DNA of 64,000 nucleotides from the human T2T-CHM13v2.0 reference genome, Homo sapiens. Under the pieces are notes generated by a model. The model saw only the letters and a list, made by a program, of their open reading frames with translations. It was not told the DNA's origin and ran no database searches. Shown one piece after another: positions 62,914 through 64,000 of this stretch. The position numbers and the translations under genes are program-made. Positions within the stretch are counted from its first letter, which is position 1; each line of letters starts with the position of its first letter. The DNA is taken from NCBI RefSeq assembly GCF_009914755.1, contig NC_060930.1; one strand, given 5' to 3'.

Positions 62914-64000
62914 CTGGACTATTAAAGAGCTGGACTATTAAAAAAAAGTCTAAGGCTTTAGGACTTTTTTTCTGGAAGATCTGAGAGAAATATGACCTCC
63001 TGAAGTAAAAGTATCAAGAAGTTGGGATGAAGTGAGTTGCCTCTGTAATGGGAGGCAATCAGTTCAGTCCAGCTGGTATTCCTTATGAACAGTTAACAGA
63101 GGAAAAAAAGCTGCACGCCTGGTTATATATGGGCCTTTTTGGTGTGCAGGCACCAGCAGATGCAGATGGCTGTTGCATTTCAGCCTCACTTACAGATGGC
63201 CAAGAAAGTGTAGTGAAGGGATATTTTCCCAAAGGACAAAACTTCAGGTGGCACATTTAGTTGTCCACTTTGCATGGAAAAAGAAATGGCCTGATGTATG
63301 GATCAGTGCTAATTTTTGGGTAATGGCTAATGTACTGGCCCACTTTTCAGAGAAAGAATGAGACTGGAAGACTAGGAGCAAAGAAACCTGGGGGAGAGGT
63401 ATGTAGATTGAATGGGCACAGAGTGTGTTTTTTGATCCCTGTGAGTGCTCACCAAAGGTCAAGCACTGCAGAGGAGTTTCCCAGTAATCAGATGGACAAG
63501 ACAATCCCCATCATGCATGTCAGTTAGCTTCTCTTTCCAGTTATTCTGGTGCTTGCCCAGTGGGAAAGGGTGCCATGCGACCATGGCAACGGGGATGGAG
63601 GCCGTGGACGTCCCCTCACTCAGGTGATCTGGCCACCACAGCTTGAGTGCTTAACCTACCAATAGCAGAGGCCAAAGGTGATCTTGTAATGTTGCATTAT
63701 TCCCTGGAGGGATCACCCAGGCCCCTACGTCAGGTTGATTACATCAGAATCCTCTTATCATGGAGGTGGCATCAACTGGTTCTTAATGAATACACACATA
63801 TTCAGATTATGGATTTACTTTCTGTTCTTATGACGCTTCTTCCAGCATTTGTTGACTTAAAGGTTTATCTTTTATTGTGGTGTCCCACTCAGCATTTGCC
63901 TTGACCAGAGGCACATTTCATGGCCAAGATGTGCAACAATGGGCTTACGCTCTCAGAACATGTTGGTCTAACTGCATGTCTCATCCCTCAGAAGTAGCTA

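Larger units (their letters stand above)
60870..64000 (+). mobile_element. Decayed ERVL-class internal region (gag/pro/pol), preceded by LTR33-like sequence at about 60580-60870
   Basis: Protease LLDIGS (about 61570); RT start WRMTVDY (about 62204); RNase H GIPYEQLTEE...VAHLVVHFAWKKKWPDVWI; integrase QVDYI...DQR.TF; RT core missing. Confidence 0.8.

Noticed and set aside
60870-64000. Domesticated retroviral gene
   Set aside because: Frames are riddled with stops and frameshifts, the RT core is missing and Alus have inserted.

Overview
Repeat-rich primate (almost certainly human) genomic DNA with no intact protein-coding exon that I recognise. It contains a CpG-island promoter at about 2.7-3.8 kb (host gene not identified) and three processed pseudogenes (RPL31, RPA3, 5'-truncated WBP11). 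Mobile elements include solo LTRs (MER51, LTR12, MER21, MER67/31-like, MaLR), a complete THE1D MaLR, two full-length inverted L1PA elements, a Tigger5 remnant, a decayed ERVL pol region, about 25 Alus and L2/MIR debris. The main new observation is in the non-repeat sequence at 13.6-21.9 kb: nine splice-site-bounded + strand segments join in one frame (999 nt, no frameshift needed, 11 of 15 internal stops TGA) into a protein-like product with a candidate CxxC/WxCxxC zinc ribbon. This suggests a multi-exon unitary or unprocessed pseudogene running away from the CpG island. Other findings: three locally templated insertion scars, apparent gene conversion between the inverted L1s, a full-length L1 with no TSD and an extended ORF0, and an LTR12 missing its TATA/TSS. 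Repeat subfamily calls rely on recalled consensus sequences and some boundaries are approximate.
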